Positions 1 to 9,846 of a stretch of DNA of 64,000 nucleotides are shown one piece after another. Under the pieces are notes generated by a model that had not been told where the DNA came from, made no database searches, and saw nothing but the letters and a program-made list of their open reading frames with translations. A program made the position numbers and the translations under genes. Origin of the DNA: an uncultured Acidobacteriota bacterium (GTDB taxonomy: Bacteria > Acidobacteriota > Thermoanaerobaculia > Multivoradales > JAHEKO01); contig CAVQNG010000001.1 in assembly GCA_963713825.1 (NCBI GenBank), positions 256,001-320,000 of the forward strand, read 5' to 3'. The stretch's first letter is position 1. Each line of letters begins with the position of its first letter.

Positions 1-116
1 GAATTCCTGATCGGATCGACTCGGGGAAACAGGAGCTTTGCAGATCATTCGGGTGCTCTCCTGGCCCCGCAAGCTGGCTCCGCGGAGATTCGAGAAATCG
101 ATGGGCGGTCTCATGA

Positions 117-191
117 TGGGGCGTCGCCAAGTGGTAAGGCACCGGACTTTGGATCCGGCATTCGTAGGTTCGAATCCTACCGCCCCAGCCA
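117..191 (+). tRNA. tRNA-Gln, anticodon TTG
   Basis: Cloverleaf: acceptor TGGGGCG/CGCCCCA, anticodon arm CCGGA-CTTTGGA-TCCGG, T-loop GTTCGAATC, encoded CCA end. Typical position upstream of prs. Confidence 0.97.
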
Positions 192-208
192 TTTAAGCCA
201 CTTGTCCG

Positions 209-1165
209 ATGGGGAAACATGTGATGTACGGTGATCTGAAGGTTTTTGGCGGGCGAGCACACCCCGGATTGGTCCGAGAGATCGGTGAGTACCTGAACTT
301 GGAACTCGGGTGTGTCGAGGCATTCAATTTCTCCGACGGCGAGATCTTCTGTCAGATCGACGAGAATGTTCGCGGGTCGGATACCTTCGTCATTCAGCCA
401 ACTTGCACCCCGGTCAATGAAAACCTCGTTGAGTTACTGATTCTGCTCGATGCCCTCAAGCGCTCCTCGGCCTCCCGAGTCACGGCGGTGATTCCGTACT
501 ACGGCTATGCCCGCCAAGACAAGAAGGACCGACCGAGGGTTCCGATTACCGCCAAGCTGGTGGCGGACCTGATATCGGCGGCTGGAGCCGATCGGATTCT
601 GACGATGGATCTGCATGCCTCACAGATTCAGGGCTTCTTCGATGTGCCGGTCGATCATCTTTTCGCGGCGCCGGTGCTGCTGGAGGCCATTCGCGAGTTG
701 GATATTCCGGATCTGATGATTGTCTCCCCGGATGCCGGTGGCGTCGAGCGAGCGCGGGCCATCGCCAAGCGACTGGATGCTGGGCTGGCCATCGTCGACA
801 AGCGCCGCGAAGCACCGAATCGGGCCAAGGTCATGCACATCATCGGGGATGTGGAGGGGAGAAGCGTTCTCCTGATTGATGACATCATCGACACTGCGGG
901 CACTCTGACTTCGACAGTACAAGCGCTGCGGGACAACGGAGCCGAGCGCATACTCGCCGCGGGTATTCACGGAGTCCTGTCGGGTCCTGCCCTGGATAGA
1001 ATCAGGACGTCTCCCCTGGAGACGGTCCTTGTCACGGATACAACGCCTCTCGAGGAGAAACTGAGCCAGTGCGACAAGCTCAAGCCACTGTCAGTGGCGC
1101 CCCTCCTGGGTGAGGCCATTCGAAGAATTCACGAGAACAGCTCAGTGAGCTCACTGTTCGTCTAG
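209..1165 (+). CDS. prs: Ribose-phosphate pyrophosphokinase
   Basis: Motifs FSDGE, PYYGYARQD, DLHASQIQGFF, VSPDAGG, DDIIDTAGT. Start could be a few codons later (221/224). Confidence 0.97.
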   Translation: MGKHVMYGDLKVFGGRAHPGLVREIGEYLNLELGCVEAFNFSDGEIFCQIDENVRGSDTFVIQPTCTPVNENLVELLILLDALKRSSASRVTAVIPYYGYARQDKKDRPRVPITAKLVADLISAAGADRILTMDLHASQIQGFFDVPVDHLFAAPVLLEAIRELDIPDLMIVSPDAGGVERARAIAKRLDAGLAIVDKRREAPNRAKVMHIIGDVEGRSVLLIDDIIDTAGTLTSTVQALRDNGAERILAAGIHGVLSGPALDRIRTSPLETVLVTDTTPLEEKLSQCDKLKPLSVAPLLGEAIRRIHENSSVSSLFV

Positions 1166-1188
1166 CCAGTTGGGAGTCCTTTTTTGTC

Positions 1189-1875
1189 ATGAGTGATATC
1201 ACCCTCGAAGTTCAATCACGCGAAGAAACCGGCACCAGCCCCAATCGGCGGCTGCGTGCCGCGGGTTTCATCCCCGCTGTTGTCTACGGTGGCGGCTTGG
1301 ATCCTGTGGCCATTCAGGTCGAACGCAAGACCTTGCATGATCTGTTCAAACAGACCGGTGGCGAGAATGCGGTTTTCCTGCTCAAGATGGCGGGCACCGA
1401 TCAGAAGCGCCACAGCATGGTCCGGGAGCTGACGATCGATCCCATCACCCGGCAGGTGGTCCATATCGATTTTCTCAGGATCCTGATGACTGAAAAGGTC
1501 AAGGTCCAGGTTCCCATCGACCTCGCAGGAACACCTGCTGGCGTCAAGAACGACGGCGGCGTCCTCGATTTCATCACTCGCGAAGTCGAGGTCGAGTGTC
1601 TTCCTGGCGACATACCTCAGACTCTGGAGCTCGACGTCACCGCCCTGGAAATAGGGGCGCACTACGAGGCCAAGGACCTCGAGCTGCCGAAGAGCGTCGA
1701 GCTGATGGTAGAGCTCGACAAGGTCATCGTTGCGGTGGCTCACAGCCGTGTAGCTACCGAGGTGGAAGAGGCCGAGGCGGAAGCCGCAGAGGCAGGGCTG
1801 CTCGAGGAAGAGGCTGCCGAGCCCGAGCTCATTGGACGTTCGACAGAGGACGAGGCCGAAACCGAGGACGAGTAG
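1189..1875 (+). CDS. rplY: 50S ribosomal protein L25 (long Ctc form) with acidic tail
   Basis: RRLRAAGFIPAVVYG, HIDF, GVKNDGGVL; conserved prs-rplY-pth order. Confidence 0.95.
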   Translation: MSDITLEVQSREETGTSPNRRLRAAGFIPAVVYGGGLDPVAIQVERKTLHDLFKQTGGENAVFLLKMAGTDQKRHSMVRELTIDPITRQVVHIDFLRILMTEKVKVQVPIDLAGTPAGVKNDGGVLDFITREVEVECLPGDIPQTLELDVTALEIGAHYEAKDLELPKSVELMVELDKVIVAVAHSRVATEVEEAEAEAAEAGLLEEEAAEPELIGRSTEDEAETEDE

Positions 1876-1953
1876 GGAAGGGGTCGGCTCTACCCCGGGT
1901 GTGGTTTTGCTGGCGCAGATCCTGTTCGAATCCCCTCCGGTACCCAACCAGCG

Positions 1954-2547
1954 ATGAATGGGGCAGGGGCACAAGAGGTGAGCGGCGGAGTTCGACTCAT
2001 TGTCGGCTTGGGCAACCCCGGGGAGCGCCTTCGACGGACGCGCCACAATTTGGGTTTTGCCGTCGTCGAGGAGTTGTCGAGCCGTCGTGGTAGCGCCTTC
2101 GATCGTGTGGAATGTAAGTCACTGCTGGCAATCGAGCCTGCTCTGATACTCGCTCGACCACAGACCTACATGAACCGCAGTGGCTATGCCCTTCGTTGTC
2201 TGGTGGAGAAGCGCGAGTTGAAGGCGGAGAACATTCTCGTCGTCTTCGATGATGTTCACCTCCCTTTGGGGAAGATCCGGTTTCGCAAGTCCGGAGGCCC
2301 GGGTGGACACCGGGGGATGGAATCGGTGATTCAGAATCTGCAATGCGAGACGATCCCGCGACTCCGACTGGGAGTAGACAATACCGAGGCAGGGTTGGAG
2401 GGTGACGCTCTCGTCGAGTTCGTGCTTGCGCCGTTTCTTGAAGCGGAGCTCGGCGAAGTGGAGGCGATGATCGGTCGAGCGGCAGATGCCTGTGAGCGCT
2501 GGCTGGCTGACGGCGTCGAGGCGACCATGAATGAGTTCAACCGGTAG
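1954..2547 (+). CDS. pth: Peptidyl-tRNA hydrolase
   Basis: LIVGLGNPG, TRHNLGF, PQTYMNRSG, GGHRG. True start may be GTG at 1978. Confidence 0.95.
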   Translation: MNGAGAQEVSGGVRLIVGLGNPGERLRRTRHNLGFAVVEELSSRRGSAFDRVECKSLLAIEPALILARPQTYMNRSGYALRCLVEKRELKAENILVVFDDVHLPLGKIRFRKSGGPGGHRGMESVIQNLQCETIPRLRLGVDNTEAGLEGDALVEFVLAPFLEAELGEVEAMIGRAADACERWLADGVEATMNEFNR

Positions 2548-2622
2548 TTGGGCGATAGACCGTAGGCGAGCGGCAGTCTCGATCCGAGGCGAGGCGCGCC
2601 ATCTTGGAGGAGGAATCTGATC

Positions 2623-4698
2623 GTGGACATGATGAAACTGATGTATCTCGTACCGATCTGTGGAGTCCTGGCGCTGTTGTTCGCCTGGATTCGCAGTGCC
2701 TGGATCCGGCGGCAAGATGCCGGTAACGAGAGGATGAAGACCATAGCCGGACACATCCGAGAAGGTGCGATGGCCTTCCTGGGTCGTGAATACCGTGTTC
2801 TCTTGATCTTCGTTCTCGTCGTCGCAGGACTTCTTTCCTGGGCCAACGCCGGCAAAGCCGAAACCTCTGCTCTGATCGGACTGTCCCTCATCGCCGGTGC
2901 GTTCTGCTCGGCCTTGGCCGGATTCTTCGGCATGAGGGTGGCGACAGCGGCCAATGTCAGAACGGCGTCAGCAGCTCGCAACAGCTTGAACGAAGCCCTG
3001 CAGGTGGCTTTTTCTGGCGGTGCCGTGATGGGCTTCAGTGTCGTGGGCCTCGGGGTGCTGGGGATCTCGTTGCTTTTCCTGCTCTATGCCGGGATCTTCG
3101 AATCGGGCAATCCTCAAGCCGACCTGATGAGGGTCGTCACGGTGCTGACTGGATTCTCATTTGGCGCCAGCTCCATCGCCTTGTTCGCCCGCGTTGGGGG
3201 TGGCATCTACACCAAGGCCGCTGATGTGGGCGCTGATCTCGTCGGCAAGGTGGAGGCCGGGATTCCGGAAGACGACCCACGCAACCCAGCGGTCATTGCT
3301 GACAACGTCGGCGACAACGTCGGGGATGTTGCTGGTATGGGTGCCGATCTGTTCGAGTCTTATGTGGGATCGATTATCGGTACCCTGGTGCTGGGTGCCA
3401 ATGCCACGCTCTTGAGCGGCGAAGCCTATACCCCCATGCTGGTACTTCTGCCCATGGTCCTGGCCGGCGTCGGAATCGTCGTCTCGCTACTCGGTACCGC
3501 TCTGGTGCGCACCAAGGAAGGGGGCGAACCGGGCAAGGCGCTACACCGTGGTCCGATGTTCTCGGCGGCCGTCATGTTGGTCGCTATCTGGGGGTTCTCG
3601 AAGTGGCTTCTGGCGGATACCTATGTCATCTCGGGAGTCGAGTTCACGGCTGCGGGGGTGTTCTGGGCGACCTTGGCAGGCCTCGTTGGTGGTGTGCTGA
3701 TCGGCTTGATCACGGAGTACTACACCTCTGAGTCGAGGAAACCGGCACAGGGAATCGCCAAGGACAGCCTGACCGGTGCGGCGACGAACATCATCTCTGG
3801 GCTGGCGCTCGGCATGCGCTCCACAGCTGTGCCGGTGATCGTCCTGGTGGCGGCGATTCTCGTGGCGCACGATCAAGCAGGGCTCTATGGGATCGCGATT
3901 GCCGCACTGGGGATGCTCTCCACGACCGGAATCCAGCTGGCTGTCGATGCCTACGGTCCCATTGCGGACAACGCAGGTGGGATTGCAGAAATGGCACAGC
4001 TGGGGCCGGAAGTGAGGGAGCGGACCGACAAGCTGGACGCAGTAGGCAATACGACTGCAGCGATCGGCAAGGGCTTTGCGATTGGCTCGGCGGCGCTGAC
4101 AGCACTGGCGCTCTTCGCCGCCTTTCGAACGACTGTTGGGCTGGAGACCATCGATCTGGCGAATCCGAAGGTCATGGGAGGTCTCTTCCTGGGAGCCATG
4201 CTGCCGTTCCTCTTTTCGTCCATGGCGATGCGGGCCGTCGGCCGGGCCGCCTTCGAGATGATCGAGGAGGTGCGTCGTCAGTTCAAGGAGATCCCCGGGC
4301 TTATGGAGGGCAAGGCCGAAGCCGACTTTGCGACCTGCGTGGACATTTCCACCCGAGCCGCCATCAGGGAAATGGTGGCCCCTGGATTGCTGGCCGTGAT
4401 CGTTCCGGTAGCTGTGGGCTTCTGGGACACAGCGGCGCTGGCGGGGGTCTTGGCGGGTGTCACGTCGTCGGGAGTCATGATGGCCATCTTCATGGCCAAC
4501 GCCGGTGGAGCTTGGGACAATGCCAAGAAGTACATCGAAGGCGGGGCCCATGGCGGCAAGGGATCCGATGCTCACAAGGCGGCAGTGGTGGGAGACACGG
4601 TTGGAGATCCTTTCAAGGACACGGCCGGTCCCAGCCTCAACATCCTGATCAAGTTGATGTCGGTAGTGGCGCTGGTCCTGGCGCCTCTGCTCGTCTGA
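2623..4698 (+). CDS. hppA: Membrane-bound ion-pumping pyrophosphatase, K+-dependent, probably Na+-translocating
   Basis: [53 protein letters not shown]; many hydrophobic segments; SD GGAGGAGG. Confidence 0.95.
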   Translation: MDMMKLMYLVPICGVLALLFAWIRSAWIRRQDAGNERMKTIAGHIREGAMAFLGREYRVLLIFVLVVAGLLSWANAGKAETSALIGLSLIAGAFCSALAGFFGMRVATAANVRTASAARNSLNEALQVAFSGGAVMGFSVVGLGVLGISLLFLLYAGIFESGNPQADLMRVVTVLTGFSFGASSIALFARVGGGIYTKAADVGADLVGKVEAGIPEDDPRNPAVIADNVGDNVGDVAGMGADLFESYVGSIIGTLVLGANATLLSGEAYTPMLVLLPMVLAGVGIVVSLLGTALVRTKEGGEPGKALHRGPMFSAAVMLVAIWGFSKWLLADTYVISGVEFTAAGVFWATLAGLVGGVLIGLITEYYTSESRKPAQGIAKDSLTGAATNIISGLALGMRSTAVPVIVLVAAILVAHDQAGLYGIAIAALGMLSTTGIQLAVDAYGPIADNAGGIAEMAQLGPEVRERTDKLDAVGNTTAAIGKGFAIGSAALTALALFAAFRTTVGLETIDLANPKVMGGLFLGAMLPFLFSSMAMRAVGRAAFEMIEEVRRQFKEIPGLMEGKAEADFATCVDISTRAAIREMVAPGLLAVIVPVAVGFWDTAALAGVLAGVTSSGVMMAIFMANAGGAWDNAKKYIEGGAHGGKGSDAHKAAVVGDTVGDPFKDTAGPSLNILIKLMSVVALVLAPLLV

Positions 4699-4827
4699 TG
4701 TGGAGACCGGGGATAGGTTAGGAGCGGAGAGATATCCGGATTGGCAGTTGATTTTGGCCAGAGATCGGCTAGAATCGGCGGCCAGCAGTCTCGAAGCGCC
4801 GGCTAGGCTGGTGCTTCTATCCATCAA

Positions 4828-4874
4828 CCTCTCTGTCCCCAGCTGATCTGGGGACTGACAAGGCCAGAGGGAGG
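4828..4874 (+). promoter_or_regulatory. Candidate S6:S18-binding autoregulatory mRNA leader
   Basis: CCTCTCTG can pair with CAGAGGGAGG, which contains the SD. Inner hairpin TCCCCAG/CTGGGGA is followed by CTG where the known motif has CCG. Promoter-like TTGATT (4748)-16 nt-TAGAAT (4770) upstream. Confidence 0.6.
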
Positions 4875-4885
4875 ATTCAATATCT

Positions 4886-5278
4886 ATGCGTGAGTACGAG
4901 TTGATGTTCGTGGCTGACCCTCGTCTCTCCGACGAGGAAGTGGTCGGTCTGAGCCAGGATTTTCAGAAGATGATCACCGATGAGGGTGGAGTGATCGCCA
5001 AGGAAGAGAGCTGGGGGAAACGGAAGCTGGCTTATCCGATCAACAAGCTGACGGAAGGGCACTACGTGCTGCTGCATGTGCAGAGCGAAGACAGCAGCCC
5101 GTTCGGCATGGCGCGACAGAGGATGCAGCAGAGCGACAACGTGCTGCGGTATCTGACGGTCCGCATGGACGCCGGTCGCCTCAGGACACGAAAATCTGAC
5201 AAACCGGCAGCTGAAGAAGCAGCGCCCACCGTCGAAGCTTCGACCGAGACGGCCGCAGTCAGCGAGGAGGAAAACTAA
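4886..5278 (+). CDS. rpsF: 30S ribosomal protein S6
   Basis: [25 protein letters not shown]. Confidence 0.97.
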   Translation: MREYELMFVADPRLSDEEVVGLSQDFQKMITDEGGVIAKEESWGKRKLAYPINKLTEGHYVLLHVQSEDSSPFGMARQRMQQSDNVLRYLTVRMDAGRLRTRKSDKPAAEEAAPTVEASTETAAVSEEEN

Positions 5279-5529
5279 TGGCACCCGCAGCCAGAGGTTC
5301 GGGCAAGAAAAAGTTCTACTTTCGGCGTCGGAAGGTCTGTCGAATGTGTGCCGACAAGATCAATACCGTGGACTACAAGGACATTCGGTTCCTCCAGCAG
5401 TATCTGGTCGAGCGTTCCAAGATCCTGCCGCGCCGGATCTCGGGTACCTGCGCCAAGCACCAGCGCGTCATTCAACAGGCGATCAAGCGGGCTAGACATC
5501 TGGCCTTGCTGCCCTATACGTCGGACTAG
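5278..5529 (+). CDS. rpsR: 30S ribosomal protein S18 (Zn-ligand form)
   Basis: CRMC...VDYKD...[16 protein letters not shown]...AIKRAR; TAATG overlap with rpsF. Confidence 0.97.
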   Translation: MAPAARGSGKKKFYFRRRKVCRMCADKINTVDYKDIRFLQQYLVERSKILPRRISGTCAKHQRVIQQAIKRARHLALLPYTSD

Positions 5530-5538
5530 GAGGGCATC

Positions 5539-5985
5539 ATGCAAGTCATCTTGATGCAGGACGTCATGCACACGGGCAAGCGGGGCGAGATCGTCAACGT
5601 CAAGCCGGGATACGCGCGGAACTTTCTCATTCCCAAGGGATTCGCTCTCGAAGCGACGCCGGGAAACCAGAAGTACTTCGATCAGCAGCGCAAGAAGATC
5701 GATGTACGACATGCCAAGGAACGTGATGCGGCTCAAGAGATCGCTGCGGCGATCGCCAGCCTGCAATTGCGCATTGCCAAACGGGTCAGTGAGGCGGAAA
5801 CGCTCTACGGATCGGTCACGGCAGGTGAGATCAACGAGCTCCTGCATGAGAAGGGCGTGACTGTCGACCGGCGGCGCATCGATCTCGAAGGTGGAATCAA
5901 AACCCTGGGTGAGCATCTGGTCAGGATCGAGCTTCACCCCGAAGTCGTTGCGGAAGTCACGGTTACTGTCGAAGCGGAAGAGTAG
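5539..5985 (+). CDS. rplI: 50S ribosomal protein L9
   Basis: VKPGYARNFLIPKG, LYGSVT, IKTLG, LHPEV. Confidence 0.97.
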   Translation: MQVILMQDVMHTGKRGEIVNVKPGYARNFLIPKGFALEATPGNQKYFDQQRKKIDVRHAKERDAAQEIAAAIASLQLRIAKRVSEAETLYGSVTAGEINELLHEKGVTVDRRRIDLEGGIKTLGEHLVRIELHPEVVAEVTVTVEAEE

Positions 5986-5990
5986 GCCAG

Positions 5991-7241
5991 ATGTCGAGCC
6001 CGGAGTCGCCCAAGCCGGATCCCTCGATCGAGGACTTCATCGGCGAGCCGACGCGTGATCTGTCGGCTTGGCGCTGGCTTTGGGAGGGGAACCACTCCTT
6101 TCCCGTAATCACGCGGCGGCCGGGGGTGATGGGTTGGGTCGAGCATCTTCTGAAGCGGTTCTCCCGCTTGTTCAGACCAGCCGTAACGCTACCCCAACAC
6201 GACCTGTGGGTGCGTCAACAGACCTTCAATCTGATCGTGTTGGAGAACCTCGAGTTCCTGCAAAGGGCACCGAGCGATTTCATCCGAGACCTGCGACAGG
6301 TCCGTGACGATCTGGTGAGAGATGTCCAGAACAATCACCGGCGCATCACCTACCTGGAGGCCTTCCCGCGGGAAGTGCTGACCGATTTCAATCAGCATAC
6401 GGATGCCCTCTATGCCCTGATGGACCAAAGGCTGGACCGATACCGCAGAGAGAGCAAGCACTATTGGAGTCGATTGGGAAGCTTGCTCGCTCTGGTCGCC
6501 GAGTCTGGTGAGGAGCCGGTCAGCCAAGCGGCGCTGGAAGAGGCTTGGCGCGAACAGAGCTACCTGGAGCTCGAGGATCGCTTCCGGGGCACCCGCGAGG
6601 AGATCTCGGACAGGGCCCAGGCATATCTGGGCCACTTGGAGGGTAAGGGTTCGATTCTGGACCTGGGGTGTGGTCGCGGCGAGATGCTTGCTGTCTTGGA
6701 GGAGCACGGTCTGACGGCGCGAGGCGTCGACCAGAGCGAGGAGATGGTGTCTCACTGCAGGAACTTGGGTCTGACCGCTGACAGGATCGATCTCTTTGGC
6801 GCGCTCGCGCAAGCGCCAGAGGGAAGTCTCGGGGGGGTGCTCTCCGTGCACGTGATCGAGCACCTCGAGCCGACAGATCTGGATCGTCTTGTACGACTGG
6901 CGTGGCGAGCCCTGGAGCCAGGCGGGAGCCTGATTCTGGAAACCCCGAACCCTCTCTCGCTGGTGGTGGCGGCAAGAAATTTCTGGCTCGACCCGACCCA
7001 CCGTAGGCCGGTGCATCCGGCGACACTCATGCTGCTGTTCGAACAGGCTGGATTCGACCCGGTCGAGCGCCTCGATCTGCGCCCCTTCGAGGTCGAGGAT
7101 CGCCTACCCGAGATCGATTTGTCTGATCTATCCGAAGACATCAAGCCCGTGGCGGATCACGTCAACCGGCTGCGGGACCAATTGGATGAGCTGCTCTACG
7201 GGTTTCAGGACTACGCCATGGTGGGTACCAAGCCCGAGTAG
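5991..7241 (+). CDS. Class I SAM-dependent methyltransferase with helical/coiled-coil N-terminus (glycan-capping-like)
   Basis: Motif I LDLGCGRGE; YLELEDRFRG, HVIEHL, ETPNP, FWLDPTH, C-terminal LYGFQDYA. Confidence 0.75.
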   Translation: MSSPESPKPDPSIEDFIGEPTRDLSAWRWLWEGNHSFPVITRRPGVMGWVEHLLKRFSRLFRPAVTLPQHDLWVRQQTFNLIVLENLEFLQRAPSDFIRDLRQVRDDLVRDVQNNHRRITYLEAFPREVLTDFNQHTDALYALMDQRLDRYRRESKHYWSRLGSLLALVAESGEEPVSQAALEEAWREQSYLELEDRFRGTREEISDRAQAYLGHLEGKGSILDLGCGRGEMLAVLEEHGLTARGVDQSEEMVSHCRNLGLTADRIDLFGALAQAPEGSLGGVLSVHVIEHLEPTDLDRLVRLAWRALEPGGSLILETPNPLSLVVAARNFWLDPTHRRPVHPATLMLLFEQAGFDPVERLDLRPFEVEDRLPEIDLSDLSEDIKPVADHVNRLRDQLDELLYGFQDYAMVGTKPE

Positions 7242-7261
7242 CCGCACCTCCCCGACACGAG

Positions 7262-9715
7262 TCAGCCGTCTTCCTTTTCCTCCGCCCAGGATTCCTGCAC
7301 CAGAGTCCAGTCCTCGACATCGTCGGGCATGCGCTCGCCAACTTTGGGCAGGTAGAAGGGGCGCTGTTGATACCAGGGAAGCTGGAGGATCCGAGCGCTC
7401 TCCGGATCGAACTGTCGGGCGGGCTCCGTGCCGGAGACGAATGCCTCGGAGATCACATTCTGGGCTCCCGGGCCCGGCAGCATGCCGGTGAGATACTCGA
7501 CCTGCATCTCGACAACAGAAGGCGGGCGAACGAAGGATGATCCTGCCGCGAGCCAACCCTCTTCCAGTCCAGTTTCCACGATCGATTGCCAGATAGGAAG
7601 TGCCGCTGCGGCGCCGGTCATGTTGCGGCCGATCGAGCGATTTACGTCGTGGCCCACCCAGGTCAGGATCGTGTGGGTGGGTGTATAGCCGACGAACCAG
7701 GCGTCGATGTAGTCGTCCGTCGTGCCGGTCTTGCCAGCCAGGTCGAGATCGAGGCCGGAGACACGAACGGCTGTTCCCCGATCCACGACTCCCTCGAGAA
7801 TGTGACCGAGCACAAACGCGATTTCGGGCTCCATGGCCTTGTGAGCGCGCGGCTGGTGGGTCTCGAGATTCTGGCCGTCTGGGGTGCGGACGGCTTCGAT
7901 CAAGTAGGGCTCCAGATAGACGCCCTGATTGGCGATGGCGGAATAGGCGCCGGCCAGTTCGAGTGGAATGAGCTCCGCAGAACCGAGCGCAAGACTGGGG
8001 TAGGGGGGGAGGTTGGAGCGGATTCCACAGCGCCGTGCGAAGTCGATGGTGTGCTCGACCCCGACGATGTCCATCAGCTTGGCAGAGCACACATTCATCG
8101 ATTTTTCGAGCGCTCGACGCAACGTCGTGATGCCGTAGTACTGGCGGTAGAAATTGCGTGGAGAATAGCTGGGCACGTTGTTGGCAGCCGGAAAGACGGT
8201 CGGGCCGTCGAAGATCGTGTCAGCAGGAGTAAATCCGGTTTCGAGCGCCGAACCGAAGACGAAGACCTTGAAAGCAGATCCCACCTGTCGTTTCGCCTGC
8301 GTCGCGCGATTGAAGCTGCTGCGGTCGAAATCCCATCCACCGACCATGGCCCTGACCGCTCCGGTGGCCGATTCCAAGACGATCGCGGCGCCTTCCAACT
8401 CCGGCTCCTGCTCCAGGTGGACGATATCGAGCGGTGCCCCTTCCTCTTCCGTTGCCGCGTGAAGGCTGACCCAGACGACATCGCCTGGCTCGAGAATCTG
8501 CTGCGGGTTCTGGTGCCGCGTCCACTTCATACCGTCGGACTCGAGCAGCAGGTTCACCTCGCCGATTCTGAGATCGGCGCCGCGCGCGCTGACGGCCATG
8601 ACCAGGGCTTCGTACCAGCTGCCGGCGGTCAATTCGACATTGCGCCAGGAGGGCAGCTCATAGCCCGCCAGATCGTCGGTCTCGACCTTGCGGAGACTTC
8701 CTCGCCAGCCGTTTCGATGGTCGAGTCGGATCAGCCCCTGTTCGAGAGCGGTCTCTGCCGCGCTCTGCACCGGAGGATCCAAAGTCGTATCGACCTGCAG
8801 GCCCTGCTCGAGGAGACCCTCGGCACCGTAGGTGGACTCCAGGTACCGACGCACTTCCTCGGCGAAATATGGTGCCCGGAGGTCCTTCTTTCGATTCGGC
8901 ACGACGAGCAATGGCAGATCGATAGTTTCCCGGTACTGCTCTGCGGTGATGTAGCCCTCTTCCCGCATGCGCCGCAAGACGTAGTCACGTCGGGTGATGA
9001 CCAAGTCAGGGCTTCTATAGGGACTGTAGGCGCTGGGCCTTTGTGGAATCCCGGCCAGGACAGCCGCCTCGGCCAGGTCGACGTCTTTGACGGTCTTTCC
9101 AAAGTAGGCACGCGAGGCGGATTCCATACCGTAGTTGCCATGTCCCATGAAGATCAGGTTGCAGTAGAGGGTCAGAATCTGCTGCTTGCTGAAATTCTTC
9201 TCCAACTCGACTGCGAGAAGTGCCTCCTCAGCCTTGCGCTGCCAGGTCTTCTTGGGGGTCAGGTAAAGCTGACGTGCGAGTTGCATGGTGATGGTCGAGC
9301 CGCCCATGGCAAGTCTGCCTTGGCGTAGGTTCTGGGTCATGGCACGCAGCACGCCCTCAGCGTCGATTCCTCCATGCTGGAAGAAGTTGCTGTCTTCCGC
9401 GGCCAGGATCGCGTTCTGGAGAAGGGGTGGGATCTCTCCCTCTTCGATCAGCACACGCTTCTCTTTCGCGTAGGTGGCGAACACCTCGCCGTTGCGGTCG
9501 AAAAGACGTGTGATCACTCCAGGGGAAAAGTCCGCCAGGGACTCCACCTGGGGCATGTTGATGATCGAGGCGACACCCACACCGCCCAGAACGCCGAGGA
9601 GAAGTGCCAGCGCCGGGGCTGCGATCCATACTGTCAGCTTCGATCTGGAGCGCTGTCGGTGGCCACTTCGAGTGGCTGCGGGGGTCCTCTCGGACCTGTC
9701 AGAGGTAGAGCTCAC
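7262..9715 (-). CDS. mrcA: Class A penicillin-binding protein 1A (transglycosylase-transpeptidase)
   Basis: N-terminal TM; GT51 motifs AEDSNFFQHGGID and GGSTITMQLAR; transpeptidase SAFK, SMN, KTG. Confidence 0.92.
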   Translation of the reverse strand: MSSTSDRSERTPAATRSGHRQRSRSKLTVWIAAPALALLLGVLGGVGVASIINMPQVESLADFSPGVITRLFDRNGEVFATYAKEKRVLIEEGEIPPLLQNAILAAEDSNFFQHGGIDAEGVLRAMTQNLRQGRLAMGGSTITMQLARQLYLTPKKTWQRKAEEALLAVELEKNFSKQQILTLYCNLIFMGHGNYGMESASRAYFGKTVKDVDLAEAAVLAGIPQRPSAYSPYRSPDLVITRRDYVLRRMREEGYITAEQYRETIDLPLLVVPNRKKDLRAPYFAEEVRRYLESTYGAEGLLEQGLQVDTTLDPPVQSAAETALEQGLIRLDHRNGWRGSLRKVETDDLAGYELPSWRNVELTAGSWYEALVMAVSARGADLRIGEVNLLLESDGMKWTRHQNPQQILEPGDVVWVSLHAATEEEGAPLDIVHLEQEPELEGAAIVLESATGAVRAMVGGWDFDRSSFNRATQAKRQVGSAFKVFVFGSALETGFTPADTIFDGPTVFPAANNVPSYSPRNFYRQYYGITTLRRALEKSMNVCSAKLMDIVGVEHTIDFARRCGIRSNLPPYPSLALGSAELIPLELAGAYSAIANQGVYLEPYLIEAVRTPDGQNLETHQPRAHKAMEPEIAFVLGHILEGVVDRGTAVRVSGLDLDLAGKTGTTDDYIDAWFVGYTPTHTILTWVGHDVNRSIGRNMTGAAAALPIWQSIVETGLEEGWLAAGSSFVRPPSVVEMQVEYLTGMLPGPGAQNVISEAFVSGTEPARQFDPESARILQLPWYQQRPFYLPKVGERMPDDVEDWTLVQESWAEEKEDG

Positions 9716-9846
9716 GCGTGGAGATTATAGTCGTCTAGGCCAGTCTACGCATCGCGTCTCGGTCATCGAGGGGTCAGATCCTGGCTGATTTGCGACGGTC
9801 GGGAGCGAAGAATAGAATGCGTTCATAGTGAACTTCGAAAGGTCCG

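Noticed and set aside
1-116. GAATTC at position 1 and a possible 3' end of an upstream gene
   Set aside because: The EcoRI site suggests a cloning boundary, not biology. No frame gives a recognisable protein in so short a stretch.
1876-1950. tRNA-like GTTCGAATCCC...CCA between rplY and pth
   Set aside because: The flanks (TCCTG/CCCCT) cannot form a T-stem, and no acceptor or anticodon arm can be built.
7586-9328. Long antisense ORFs (580 aa here; also 3541-4827, 33252-34571, 47715-49115, 54137-55642, 59375-60688)
   Set aside because: They shadow well-conserved genes on the opposite strand, have no motifs, and are expected in GC-rich DNA.
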